Below are positions 38,056-47,619 of a DNA stretch of 64,000 nucleotides, in pieces (the first letter of the stretch is position 1; each line of letters opens with the position of its first letter). The notes below the pieces were generated by a model. The model was given only the letters and a program-made list of their open reading frames with translations, did not search any database and was not told where the DNA came from. Origin of the DNA: Parcubacteria group bacterium Gr01-1014_8 (GTDB taxonomy: Bacteria > Patescibacteriota > Minisyncoccia > Phycocordibacterales > UBA2100); NCBI GenBank assembly GCA_007376385.1, contig VMGC01000001.1, forward strand, positions 64,001-128,000, in the 5' to 3' direction. The position numbers and the translations under genes were made by a program.

Positions 38056-39697
38056 TTTTTACGGTGCCGCATTGCTGCTTCTTCTTGTAGCAATGATCTT
38101 TGGTTTTGACCTTCCGAATGCCCATGCCGCAGAATGCCGAGACGGAAAACTCTATGAAAAACTCGCCGACGGCACTGAAGTTCAAGCGGGCACGTGTGCA
38201 GACGGCAAAGATGTACCCGCATCCCAAAATGCACTTTTAAGAGACGGCATCTTTGGATGCAATGCGAGCAAATACGCAAACATCGGCACACTTTCTGCAG
38301 TTGGCGGCATCTATGTACCGGTCAACGACGCCGCGGTGACCATCAACACTGGTTATTTGGTTTACAAAGAGTGTATTCTCGACGGGGTTGTTTCAAAAAT
38401 AAGCGAAGCGGCCCGCACCGAGCTTGCAGGCACCATTATTCGCCAAATCAATACCGGCCGTGCGGGGCAAGCTCTCTTTGTAAAAAATATCGCGAAAGAA
38501 TTGGACGCACGCGCTGACAGGGTTGCCCTCACGGCTGTAGACAACGCGAATATCGGGGTGATGTGCCCGGCATTTCGCGATGATGTTCGTCGTATTCAGA
38601 TCCGCCGCTACTTGTCCGCCCGCAACTCTCCTAACTCCAGCTTTGCCTGCTCGGTTCCCGTTTCGGCAACAGACCATATAACTGCAATTCGCGCTGGGAT
38701 ATACGCGCCCGACGTACTCGATGCGCTCATCACGCCGGGAAATGACCCGTACACGGCTGATATGATCTTCAACGAATATATGAACGCTTCGATAGCAGAA
38801 GACGCCTATAACCAATATGCGCAGTGGGGATGGGGAAACGGCTTCTACCCGGTGACAACCGAAACAGATAATCCATTCGATGAAGAAACAATGACACCGG
38901 GCCATCTCGTCGCTCAAGGCGCCGCGCAGGTCATCACCGGCGGTTTTCGTTGTCTTGAAGAGGCAGACGAGCCGAGCAAAATATGCGGACCGATGTTCAA
39001 CGCGCTCGCTCAAGCAGCTCTTGACCGCGGTCTCACAGGATTAACACAGGCGCAGAACGGCTTGCCCTCGTATGTAAGCCGCATGGTGTCTGAAGCATCC
39101 GCTGCCGTTCGTCAAGAAGCGGTGAACGCCGCGCTCAATATACTCCTCACATCGAGGCAGATAGAAGCGGCGTACAAACGCGCAAAAGAGGGAATAGCGG
39201 AAGTTTTGACGGGGGCTATAAACAGACTTCGGAGTGCAGAACGAGCTTGTTGGGAGCTCATCATTCCTAAGGTAGAAGAATACGCGAGCACGCAAGGCGC
39301 CCAAATACAGGTCGCAACGACCACCGAATTCTCCCAGGCAGTCATCAACGACCAAATATTGCCCATCGCAGAGTTGGTCGCAGCAGACTTGCAAAAAGCA
39401 GAAAGGGCACTGCAGCAAATTGATAGCCTGATCGCGAGCGTATCGAATAGCGCATCTGCAACAAACCAGAGGGCCGCCCTTGAGCGGCTTGACACCATGG
39501 TCGCAAACGGCCAGCTTCACACTTCGAGTGATGCGACGAACGCTAATAAGCAATTAGAGGATGTGACTGCAAGCGCGAACACTCTCGTTGAAGAGACATT
39601 ACGGGCGTGGGGCGACTCAACTGACCCAAATGTCGGCTGGTGCAACGTGAACAACCCCGCCGTCATCGAGAAGTGGTTCAACAAATGGAAGAAATAA
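38033..39697 (+). CDS. Hypothetical secreted Cys-containing protein with C-terminal coiled coil (gene C)
   Basis: Start at MYERVV... (signal peptide ...LPNAHA/AE); 554 aa; about 10 Cys in the N-half, coiled-coil heptads in the C-half; overlaps gene B by 23 nt. Confidence 0.5.
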   Translation: MYERVVSNFYGAALLLLLVAMIFGFDLPNAHAAECRDGKLYEKLADGTEVQAGTCADGKDVPASQNALLRDGIFGCNASKYANIGTLSAVGGIYVPVNDAAVTINTGYLVYKECILDGVVSKISEAARTELAGTIIRQINTGRAGQALFVKNIAKELDARADRVALTAVDNANIGVMCPAFRDDVRRIQIRRYLSARNSPNSSFACSVPVSATDHITAIRAGIYAPDVLDALITPGNDPYTADMIFNEYMNASIAEDAYNQYAQWGWGNGFYPVTTETDNPFDEETMTPGHLVAQGAAQVITGGFRCLEEADEPSKICGPMFNALAQAALDRGLTGLTQAQNGLPSYVSRMVSEASAAVRQEAVNAALNILLTSRQIEAAYKRAKEGIAEVLTGAINRLRSAERACWELIIPKVEEYASTQGAQIQVATTTEFSQAVINDQILPIAELVAADLQKAERALQQIDSLIASVSNSASATNQRAALERLDTMVANGQLHTSSDATNANKQLEDVTASANTLVEETLRAWGDSTDPNVGWCNVNNPAVIEKWFNKWKK

Positions 39698-39707
39698 CAA
39701 TGAGCAT

Positions 39708-42104
39708 ATGAAGGCTTTCTTGAGAACAGCGAAATATAAAGGGAAGACCATGACGGTAATACTCTTATTATTGTTCTTGTTCCCAATTATTCTCGGAATA
39801 TTTACCCCCGCGACCGCAGCGGCGGCTGAGGAATGTCCCCCAGGCCAAATTTGGGATCCTGGTGAAGATTATGGCGCAGATGTTAGTAGACCAGGTAGGG
39901 CTCCCGGCTGTGTACCAAACACGGCCGAAAACAAAACCGTAATCGCAACGCAGGAAGCACGTCCGGACACAACGGTCGGCCCTGGCGAATGTACTCGCTG
40001 GTGGCATCCCCTCACGCAGCCCATCAACTGCGCGTTCATACCGCTCGCAAGCTGGTCTGGGGCACTCTTCATGTCATTTGGAGCCGCGCTACTGCAGGCG
40101 TCCGGGGCTGTTTTCAATACTCTGGTGAAGTGGATAGTTGTCGAGTTCGGCAGCACCATACAAACGCTCGGCCTCTTGGACGGAATACACCAGGCATGGG
40201 AGATCTTGCGTGACATTTCGAACATCGTCATCATCGGCATGTTCGTCTTTATTGCCATATCGATGATACTGGGGAACGAGACATTCGGAGCAAAAAAATT
40301 AGTCGCGCACGTCCTCATCATCGCCGTCCTGATAAATTTTAGCTTGCTTTTCTCGAAGCTCATTATTGATGCTGGAAACTTTACTGCATACCAATTTTAC
40401 AAAGCCATGGGGGGTACCGCAGACGATGAGTTCGACATTGCGGGCAGATTTTACAGCGTCGTCGGTATAACAAGCGCATGGGACAGCTTTGCCGTTGCCG
40501 AACGCTTCGCGCGCGGCTCGCAAAAAGCAGGTACAAAGCCAGGAGAAAGTAGCACGACGGGTAACAATTTTGCCGCCGGCGTAAGCGGTTTCTTGTACGG
40601 CATATTCGGCGGGATGCTGCTCATCGCATCCGCTATCGTTTTATTCTACGGCTCATATCTCATCATCGTCCGAGCCGTCCTCCTCGTTTTTCTTATGCTT
40701 GTTTCCGCACTCGCATTCGCATCATGGCTCGTACCAAAAATGAACAGTGGCAGCATCAGTTTCAGTGCATGGTGGAAATCGCTCATCAATGCTTCAGTGT
40801 TCGCGCCGCTCCTTATGATCATGCTCTACGTATCACTCCTCATCATGAACCCTGCAGCAGGAAAACGAGAAGGGAGCTTAGGCGCTATCGCAGGTAACCC
40901 GGAAAAAGTGGGGCAAAACTGGAAGACGCTTATCATTTTTATCTTCGGCATCGGCATGCTCTACGTGTCGTTCAAGGTCGCGAACACATTCTCGAGACAG
41001 ATAGCCGGGTTTAGCGTAGCGAGCGGCGCCGTCGGCAAGGCATTTGGAGCAACGGCGGGTACAGCCGGACTTTTTGGCCGCTACTCGCTGGGACTCCTAG
41101 GCTCACAGCTCGCTGCGAGAACTGGGCTTGGCACAATGGACGGCCTCAAAGGCAGGATAGCGCGTGCTGGATTAAGTTCTCTTGCTACAGGCAGTTTTGA
41201 CGTGCGTCGCATCCCTGGCGTTGCCTCCGGCGCAAAATACGGCGTAGATTTTGGTAAAGCAAAAGGAGAAGGCGGATACCTCAAGGCTGTTTCCGATAGA
41301 GAAAAGAGAATAATCGCAACGGAAGCAGGATATCGCCAGATGGTGACCACAAAAACAAACTCCGACTTTAAGGAAGAGCGTTTGCTTGAAGAACAGAAGC
41401 AGGCTGCCGCGAAGCGAATTAGAGAACAAGAAGCTCGTGCGGCAGAGCTTTCTAAACACCCTGCAGTCGCAGGCAAGCCTGCTGAAAAAGCTCAGCCAAC
41501 TCCAGCACCAGCCACGCAAGGCGCTTACGGTAGAACGCAGACCGCGCGCGATATCGCGGACGCTCAGCAACGGCAAGCGCAAACTGCAGCAGCTGGAAAA
41601 GAAGAAGGAAAGATCTCGACAGACGCAGAAACGGCTCGAATTGCTCGCATCGAACGGGGTCTACGAGCAGAAGAGAAACAAAGCTATCTTACCGAAGGCC
41701 AAGTAAGGTCTGCCGCACAAGCTACTCTTGCCGCAGGCGTTGCACCGACCGATGAAAACAGGGCAGTCGTTGAGGAATTACGAAAGGTGCGAGAATCCAT
41801 CACTGCCGAAAAAGAATTGCTAGCGCGTCTGGAAAAAACACCCACATCAAGAGATATCCGTGGACAGAAGTTCGATGACGCTATGAGGAATAGCTTCTAC
41901 TTCTTGGACTTCAGCAAACACCGCACGGCTGCTCGCGCAGAAAAGATAGCAGAGACGGCACGCAAGACAGACTATCAGAAGCTTGCTGAACGATTGGCAA
42001 AAGATATGGAGGATGTCGCCAAAAAAGAAGGAAAAAAGACTGCCGACGTAGTAAAAGAGGCAGTCGAAAAAGCGGCAGGGCCTGCTAAGGAGGCCGGACA
42101 CTAA
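39708..42104 (+). CDS. VirB6/TrbL-like polytopic membrane protein with Cys-rich N-terminal ectodomain and long charged C-terminal tail (gene D)
   Basis: 798 aa; signal peptide, Cys-rich about 100-aa segment, then about 6-7 TM helices in a TrbL/VirB6-like arrangement, then an about 330-aa K/E/A/R-rich predicted coiled-coil tail. Assignment is by topology and synteny with PrgI/VirB4, not strong sequence identity. Confidence 0.5.
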   Translation: MKAFLRTAKYKGKTMTVILLLLFLFPIILGIFTPATAAAAEECPPGQIWDPGEDYGADVSRPGRAPGCVPNTAENKTVIATQEARPDTTVGPGECTRWWHPLTQPINCAFIPLASWSGALFMSFGAALLQASGAVFNTLVKWIVVEFGSTIQTLGLLDGIHQAWEILRDISNIVIIGMFVFIAISMILGNETFGAKKLVAHVLIIAVLINFSLLFSKLIIDAGNFTAYQFYKAMGGTADDEFDIAGRFYSVVGITSAWDSFAVAERFARGSQKAGTKPGESSTTGNNFAAGVSGFLYGIFGGMLLIASAIVLFYGSYLIIVRAVLLVFLMLVSALAFASWLVPKMNSGSISFSAWWKSLINASVFAPLLMIMLYVSLLIMNPAAGKREGSLGAIAGNPEKVGQNWKTLIIFIFGIGMLYVSFKVANTFSRQIAGFSVASGAVGKAFGATAGTAGLFGRYSLGLLGSQLAARTGLGTMDGLKGRIARAGLSSLATGSFDVRRIPGVASGAKYGVDFGKAKGEGGYLKAVSDREKRIIATEAGYRQMVTTKTNSDFKEERLLEEQKQAAAKRIREQEARAAELSKHPAVAGKPAEKAQPTPAPATQGAYGRTQTARDIADAQQRQAQTAAAGKEEGKISTDAETARIARIERGLRAEEKQSYLTEGQVRSAAQATLAAGVAPTDENRAVVEELRKVRESITAEKELLARLEKTPTSRDIRGQKFDDAMRNSFYFLDFSKHRTAARAEKIAETARKTDYQKLAERLAKDMEDVAKKEGKKTADVVKEAVEKAAGPAKEAGH

Positions 42105-42108
42105 ATCT

Positions 42109-42657
42109 ATGGCTGACGATATAAAAAAGGTACTTGAGGAGCGTTTCAATTCACTGCCAGATGCCGTGCAAAAGGCCATTCTTTCCGGCCATATCCAGGA
42201 AAAATTTCAGGAGTTGGCAAGAAAGCACCAGCTGCATGTCGACGCGTGGCAACAAGTCGAGAACAAAATAATGCTGACGGTGCTCGGCGTCATACAGCCT
42301 GAAGAGCTGGTCGACAAAATAGTGAACGAAACCAATGTTGGTGCGGAGAAGGCGGCTACCATCGTGAGCGACATCGCTCTTTCAGTCTTTAAGCCAATTC
42401 GGGAAGAACTTGAGAGAGAGTTGGGACATCCTCAAGCGAGAGAAGAAGTCATATCGGACATAGAGAAAGTCCGACAAGAAGTGTTATCACAGGCGCCTGC
42501 ACCCCAAGTAGCGGCTCCTGTACCTGCAACACCCCCAAATCCGCTGCCGACTGAAAAAGTTGCCCGCGCTCCCGCTTCAGGCGCATACAAACCAGGAGAG
42601 ACGAGCGTCGAGAGAGCAGATGTTCACGACGACCCTTACAGGGAGCCGCCTCTCTGA
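42109..42657 (+). CDS. Hypothetical soluble acidic protein (gene E)
   Basis: 182 aa, no TM, Pro/Ala-rich C-terminus; starts 5 nt after gene D stop. Confidence 0.45.
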   Translation: MADDIKKVLEERFNSLPDAVQKAILSGHIQEKFQELARKHQLHVDAWQQVENKIMLTVLGVIQPEELVDKIVNETNVGAEKAATIVSDIALSVFKPIREELERELGHPQAREEVISDIEKVRQEVLSQAPAPQVAAPVPATPPNPLPTEKVARAPASGAYKPGETSVERADVHDDPYREPPL

Positions 42658-42797
42658 AGAGTTTGCTCACAATACGTACAGAAGATGCGTAACGTACTAA
42701 ACTCATTGTAGTACAATGGTGAGACTGCTAGGGAAATCGAGCATACGCTGCTTGTTGGTCAGCAGTATCTTCTGTGTTGCTCCCTAGGCTTTGATAC

Positions 42798-43298
42798 ATG
42801 CAATTTCAAGTACCCCAATTTATTGAGGTCGAGGATAAGATATTCGGTCCACTCACCTTTAAGCAATTCGTCTATGTCGCAGGAGGCGGCGGATTGGCCT
42901 ACCTCATCTGGCGGGTACTCCCCATCTATCTCGCGGCGCCGCTCGTCGCAGGCTCCCTTGGTCTCGGAGCAGCCCTCGCTTTTATGCAGTACAACGGGCG
43001 CCCCTTCATTCTCGCTCTTGAGCACGGCTTTTATTTTTTTCTGCGTTCGAAACTCTACTTATGGAATAATCAGCGGCGAAACAAGAAGCTGGCGGCGTCT
43101 GCAAACGAGCAACATCAACAGACACCAGAAATTTATGTGCCGAAGCTGTCGGAGAGCAGGTTGCACGAACTTGCGTGGAGCCTCGACATCAAGGAGCGGA
43201 TCGCTGCTGGTGTTGCGAATGAGGATGATAGAAATGAAATGCCTCGTTCCCGGCTCGTTGCTCCTATTCGAACCGCCCGCAGCGCTTTAGTGCAATAA
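42798..43298 (+). CDS. PrgI-family (VirB3-like) small membrane protein
   Basis: The N-terminus FQVPQFIEVEDKIFGPLTFKQFVYVAGGGGLAYLIW plus two TM helices matches the PrgI family, which precedes VirB4 in Gram-positive-type T4SS. Confidence 0.6.
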   Translation: MQFQVPQFIEVEDKIFGPLTFKQFVYVAGGGGLAYLIWRVLPIYLAAPLVAGSLGLGAALAFMQYNGRPFILALEHGFYFFLRSKLYLWNNQRRNKKLAASANEQHQQTPEIYVPKLSESRLHELAWSLDIKERIAAGVANEDDRNEMPRSRLVAPIRTARSALVQ

Positions 43299-43304
43299 TA
43301 GAGT

Positions 43305-43976
43305 ATGTCAGAGATCACATCATCAATACCGCGCGTGAGCAGCAAAGCAACCCAAGATTTTGTGCCCGTGCATGAAGTTCGGGATGGCGTCGTTGTCCTC
43401 AAAGATGGAGGCCTTCGAGCAATACTCCTAGCCTCGTCATTGAACTTCGCACTGAAATCCGAGGACGAGCAAACCGCATTTATCGTTCAATTCCAGAATT
43501 TTCTCAACTCACTGGATTTTTCCGTACAGATATTCGTGCAATCACGAATGCTCGACATACGCCCCTACATCGCCACCTTGGAGTCACAGTTCAAACAACA
43601 ATTGGACGACCTTATGCGCATACAGATACGCGAATACATCGGCTTCATAAAAAGCTTCACTGAAGCCGCTAACATCATGACGAAGAATTTCTTTATCATC
43701 GTGCCGTACTCGCCCGCGATCATCCAAACCGGTCAAGGAATACTCGGCAAATTGCCCTTTACCGGCAAAAAGAAAAATTCTGAAGAAGAGAACCGCACTT
43801 TTGAAGAACAAATATCGCAGCTCGAGCAGCGCATCTCCATCGTCCAGCAGGGGCTCATCCGCACCGGCGTCCGCACCGTCCAGCTTGGAACTGAGGAAGC
43901 GATAGAATTGATGTACAAAATGTTCAACCCCGGTGAAGAAGGGAAGCCAATGGCCGTTCCTGAATCGCAAAAATAG
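43305..43976 (+). CDS. Hypothetical protein between prgI-like and virB4 (gene G)
   Basis: 223 aa soluble; stop TAG 43974-43976 and virB4 ATG at 43978. The N-terminal part (VPVHEVRDGVVVLKDGGLRAILLASSLNFALKSEDEQ) weakly recalls VirB4/TrbE N-terminal segments. Confidence 0.45.
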   Translation: MSEITSSIPRVSSKATQDFVPVHEVRDGVVVLKDGGLRAILLASSLNFALKSEDEQTAFIVQFQNFLNSLDFSVQIFVQSRMLDIRPYIATLESQFKQQLDDLMRIQIREYIGFIKSFTEAANIMTKNFFIIVPYSPAIIQTGQGILGKLPFTGKKKNSEEENRTFEEQISQLEQRISIVQQGLIRTGVRTVQLGTEEAIELMYKMFNPGEEGKPMAVPESQK

Positions 43977-43977
43977 T

Positions 43978-45969
43978 ATGGCGCTCCTCGATCTATTCAA
44001 GAAAAAAGGGCCGCAGTCCGTAGTCTTGCCCGTATTGCCTGAAGAGATATTCCGCACGGGAGTTCTTGACCTTCAAGACGTCATCGCACCTCACGCTCTC
44101 CGCATTTCACCTCGCGAACTCGACCTTGGGGAAAAGATCGCACGCACATTCTTCGTTATCTCGTATCCGCGTTTTCTTACGACAGGATGGTTCGCGCCCA
44201 TCATTAACATGGATAAAATAATCGACATTTCGATATTCATTCACCCGATGGATACGAATGAAATGCTTCGAAAATTCCAAAAGAAAGTGGCAGAGGTTCA
44301 GAGCCAGATATCAACGCGGGAAGGGAAGGGCATGGTCAGAGACCCTATGCTTGACACCGCCTACGCTGACCTTGAAAAATTGCGTGATTCACTCCAGCAA
44401 GCACAGGAGCGCATCTTTGAAGTAGGATTGTATCTCACCATTTACGGCTCCACTCGCGAAGAAGTTGATAAGATAGAAAGCGAGGTACGCTCAATTCTTG
44501 AATCGCGCCTTGTGTATATCCGTCCCGCGCTATTCCAGCAAGAGCAAGGCTTCAGAAGCGTTCTGCCGACGGCAACCGATGAACTGAATGTGCACACAAA
44601 ATTGAATTCAGCCCCTCTTTCATCGGTATTTCCGTTCATTTCCTTCGACCTGACGTCCGACCGGGGAATTCTATATGGCATAAACCGCCATAATTCATCT
44701 CTCATTCTTTTTGATCGCTTCTCGCTTGAGAACTACAATTCAGTGACCTTTGCCAAGTCCGGTGCGGGAAAATCCTACACGACAAAACTTGAGATCCTGC
44801 GTTCGTTGATGTTCGATACAGAAGTCATCGTCATCGACCCCGAACGTGAATACGAATATCTCGCAGAGACGGTCGGCGGACGTTATTTCAATATCTCACT
44901 CTCCTCGGAGCACCACATCAATCCCTTTGACTTGCCGATACCGCGAGAAGATGAGAACCCCGGGGATGTGCTGCGCAACAATATCATCACGCTTGTCGGA
45001 CTTTTCCGTATCATGCTCGGAGGTTTGACGCCCGAAGAAGACGCCATCATCGACAAGGCCATCACCGAAACGTATGCCCTGAAAGACATCACGCAAGATG
45101 CGAATTTCGCAGCAGTCGAGCCGCCGCTTCTTTCCGACTTCGAACTCGTACTCTCCGGCATGGAGGGCAGCGATTCACTGGTTCAGAGACTCTCGAAATA
45201 TACAAAGGGCACGTGGTCAGGATTTATGAACCGCCCGACGAACGTTGACATGAATAAAAAATTGGTCGTCTTCTCGGTGCGAGACATGGAGGACGACCTG
45301 AAACCTGTCGCTATGTACATCATCACGCACCACATCTGGAATACCGTGCGAAAGGAACTCCGTAAACGACTCCTGGTGATCGATGAGGCATGGTGGATGA
45401 TGCGTTCCCAAGATACTGCGTCTTTCCTGTTTTCAATCGCAAAACGTGGACGTAAATACTATCTTGGAATCTCTACCATCACGCAAGACGTATCAGACTT
45501 TTTGAACTCCCCGTATGGAATACCGATGATAACCAACTCTTCTATCCAGCTCCTGCTCCGCCAATCGCCAACATCGGTCGACCTCGTGCAACAGACATTC
45601 AAATTGTCAGACGAGGAAAAATACCTGCTCTTGGAATCCGATGTAGGTGAAGGCATTTTCTTCGCAGGGCTGAAGCACGTAGCCATAAAAGTCATTGCTT
45701 CGTATACGGAAGACCAAATAATCACGTCCGACCCATCGCAGATACTTGCCATCCGCAAAGCGAAACAGGAACTGGTCTTGGCAAACGAGCCACAGAATGT
45801 AGCCCAGACGACCCCGATATCTCAAACCAAGGAAGCGGCCGCTATACTCCAAAGCTCGGCGTTAAAACCCGCTGAAGTGCCAAATACGCCAACGCCGCAG
45901 GCATCACCAACATCCGCGCCAAATACTACCCGACAAGTAGCATCAATTTTGGAGAGACCGGGTAATTGA
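43978..45969 (+). CDS. virB4: VirB4/TrbE/CagE-family type IV secretion ATPase
   Basis: 664 aa from MALLDLFKKK.... Gram-positive-type VirB4 N-terminus (L.D.IAP...IG....RT..V..YPR), Walker A FAKSGAGKS, Walker B LLVIDEAW, conserved C-terminal motifs. Confidence 0.85.
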   Translation: MALLDLFKKKGPQSVVLPVLPEEIFRTGVLDLQDVIAPHALRISPRELDLGEKIARTFFVISYPRFLTTGWFAPIINMDKIIDISIFIHPMDTNEMLRKFQKKVAEVQSQISTREGKGMVRDPMLDTAYADLEKLRDSLQQAQERIFEVGLYLTIYGSTREEVDKIESEVRSILESRLVYIRPALFQQEQGFRSVLPTATDELNVHTKLNSAPLSSVFPFISFDLTSDRGILYGINRHNSSLILFDRFSLENYNSVTFAKSGAGKSYTTKLEILRSLMFDTEVIVIDPEREYEYLAETVGGRYFNISLSSEHHINPFDLPIPREDENPGDVLRNNIITLVGLFRIMLGGLTPEEDAIIDKAITETYALKDITQDANFAAVEPPLLSDFELVLSGMEGSDSLVQRLSKYTKGTWSGFMNRPTNVDMNKKLVVFSVRDMEDDLKPVAMYIITHHIWNTVRKELRKRLLVIDEAWWMMRSQDTASFLFSIAKRGRKYYLGISTITQDVSDFLNSPYGIPMITNSSIQLLLRQSPTSVDLVQQTFKLSDEEKYLLLESDVGEGIFFAGLKHVAIKVIASYTEDQIITSDPSQILAIRKAKQELVLANEPQNVAQTTPISQTKEAAAILQSSALKPAEVPNTPTPQASPTSAPNTTRQVASILERPGN

Positions 45970-46027
45970 CCTCCAAAACATACTGAAGCTAAGGATTAAC
46001 ATCAGACGTTGAAAAACGACTCAATTC

Positions 46028-46468
46028 ATGGATGAAAATCCTCTAGACCAGGTACCAAGTGACGAGGTCGCTGAGTTATCGGTCATGGATCCGCAAGAGG
46101 AGCCTGACTTTCCATTCGTCATCGTGGCAACGGCCGTTCTAAAAGACCTGCTAGACGGATTGGATCTATCTATCATCTTCATAATCCTGACGACTGTATT
46201 ATCCGTTCTGCTGACAATAATTTTGTTCCTATGGGTTGTCGGTAAATTGGGTGGCGGCTGGTGGAAGCGGCAGTTAATAAGATGGTTGTGGACTCGGTAC
46301 GTAGCAACAATTCTTTTAGAATTTATCCCGTTTCTCAAGATGGTACCAGCGGCCACAATTTTCGTTCTCATGGCCCATCACCACGAGAAAAAATCTGTGA
46401 AATTATTCAATGCAGCCTTGGAAGCCTTCCGCGACGGATTATTCAAGGCGCTGCGACAAAAAAACTGA
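46028..46468 (+). CDS. Small polytopic membrane protein (possible VirB2-like pilin candidate)
   Basis: 146 aa; acidic N-terminus then 2-3 TM helices; directly downstream of virB4. Confidence 0.35.
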   Translation: MDENPLDQVPSDEVAELSVMDPQEEPDFPFVIVATAVLKDLLDGLDLSIIFIILTTVLSVLLTIILFLWVVGKLGGGWWKRQLIRWLWTRYVATILLEFIPFLKMVPAATIFVLMAHHHEKKSVKLFNAALEAFRDGLFKALRQKN

Positions 46469-46569
46469 ACGCCTGAAGGGACCCCCTGGTGGCTGCAGAT
46501 CGTTTGCCAATTGCCTGGAATTCACCGCCCTAACATGCAAAACAAATAAGGGATGAAGTCGGCTGTATA

Positions 46570-47619
46570 ATGATGCCAATGTCATCGCGGTTGTTCTTCA
46601 GTATTCCGGCGTTCGCTCTTTTGTTACTTTTTGCTGCGCCCGTATACGCACAATACATCCTTCCTCCTTCTGCTGACCCAATATTATTCAAGCTTAGTCC
46701 TTCGAATCCCGAGCCCGGCTCAATCGTCCATATTTTTGCAAATAGTCTGACATTTGACCTCAAAAAGACTCACGTAACATGGTACGTAAATGACGCTCTG
46801 CTACTTGAAGGCGACGGTCTTACGGAAGTTGATGTGACGCTTGGCTCAACAGGTTCTGCAACTCACGTCATTGCTCTCGCTGAGAAAGACGGCGAGACGC
46901 TGGCCAGCGCAGAAGTATTCATGCGCCCCGCAGAAGTTGATCTCTTGTGGGAAGCGAATTCATATGTTCCCCCCTTCTATAAGGGGAAACATCTCGCTTC
47001 ACCAAATTCGGTAGTTCGTGCAGAAGCCTATGCGCGATTGCGCGATCAAGAGGGAAATCTGATACTGCCTTCCGAAATCGAGTATACATGGCACCGTAAC
47101 GGCGCACTGCTCGCGTCCCAATCCGGCCGAGGGAAATCTTACGCCTCTTTCCCTGCTCCGCTCCTATTCGGAAGCGACACAATATCAGTCGAGGTAACCT
47201 CGATAGATGAGAGTGTGAGTGCTAGCGCGACAACTATTATTCCCTCCGTGGACCCATTTGTCGTCCTCTATCAGGAACATCCTCTGTTTGGGATCTTTTA
47301 TCACGCAGCTGTTGCACGTGCTGCATTCCTGCCAGACGTCGAAGCGACGTTCGTTGCCATTCCATATTTTGCGAGCAGCATCACGAGCCACTCCGACGCA
47401 AGACTATTATATGCCTGGCGCGTGAACGACAGGCCAATAACAGTGGATGGAGCAGAGCCTCATCGCTTGACCATCAATGCTGAAAATTCAACGGGAGAAG
47501 CGCACGTCGAAGTCGCTGTTTCGCACCTCACTAACTACTTTATGGACGCTCGCGGAGCGTGGGACATAGCATTCGACAGAATACCGGGCGGGGACCCATT
47601 CTCCACAAACGGACTATGA
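46570..47619 (+). CDS. Secreted protein with three tandem about 100-aa Ig-like repeats
   Basis: Signal peptide (…AAPVYA/QY); repeated modules starting VTWYVNDALL, YTWHRNGALL and YAWRVNDRPI. Confidence 0.5.
   Translation: MMPMSSRLFFSIPAFALLLLFAAPVYAQYILPPSADPILFKLSPSNPEPGSIVHIFANSLTFDLKKTHVTWYVNDALLLEGDGLTEVDVTLGSTGSATHVIALAEKDGETLASAEVFMRPAEVDLLWEANSYVPPFYKGKHLASPNSVVRAEAYARLRDQEGNLILPSEIEYTWHRNGALLASQSGRGKSYASFPAPLLFGSDTISVEVTSIDESVSASATTIIPSVDPFVVLYQEHPLFGIFYHAAVARAAFLPDVEATFVAIPYFASSITSHSDARLLYAWRVNDRPITVDGAEPHRLTINAENSTGEAHVEVAVSHLTNYFMDARGAWDIAFDRIPGGDPFSTNGL

Noticed and set aside
43933-43977. Upstream in-frame Met (43933) as the VirB4 start
   Set aside because: It would overlap the preceding ORF by 44 nt. 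The conserved VirB4 N-terminus begins at MALLDLFKKK (43978), directly after the upstream stop. This is retained as a possible frameshift issue in the findings.
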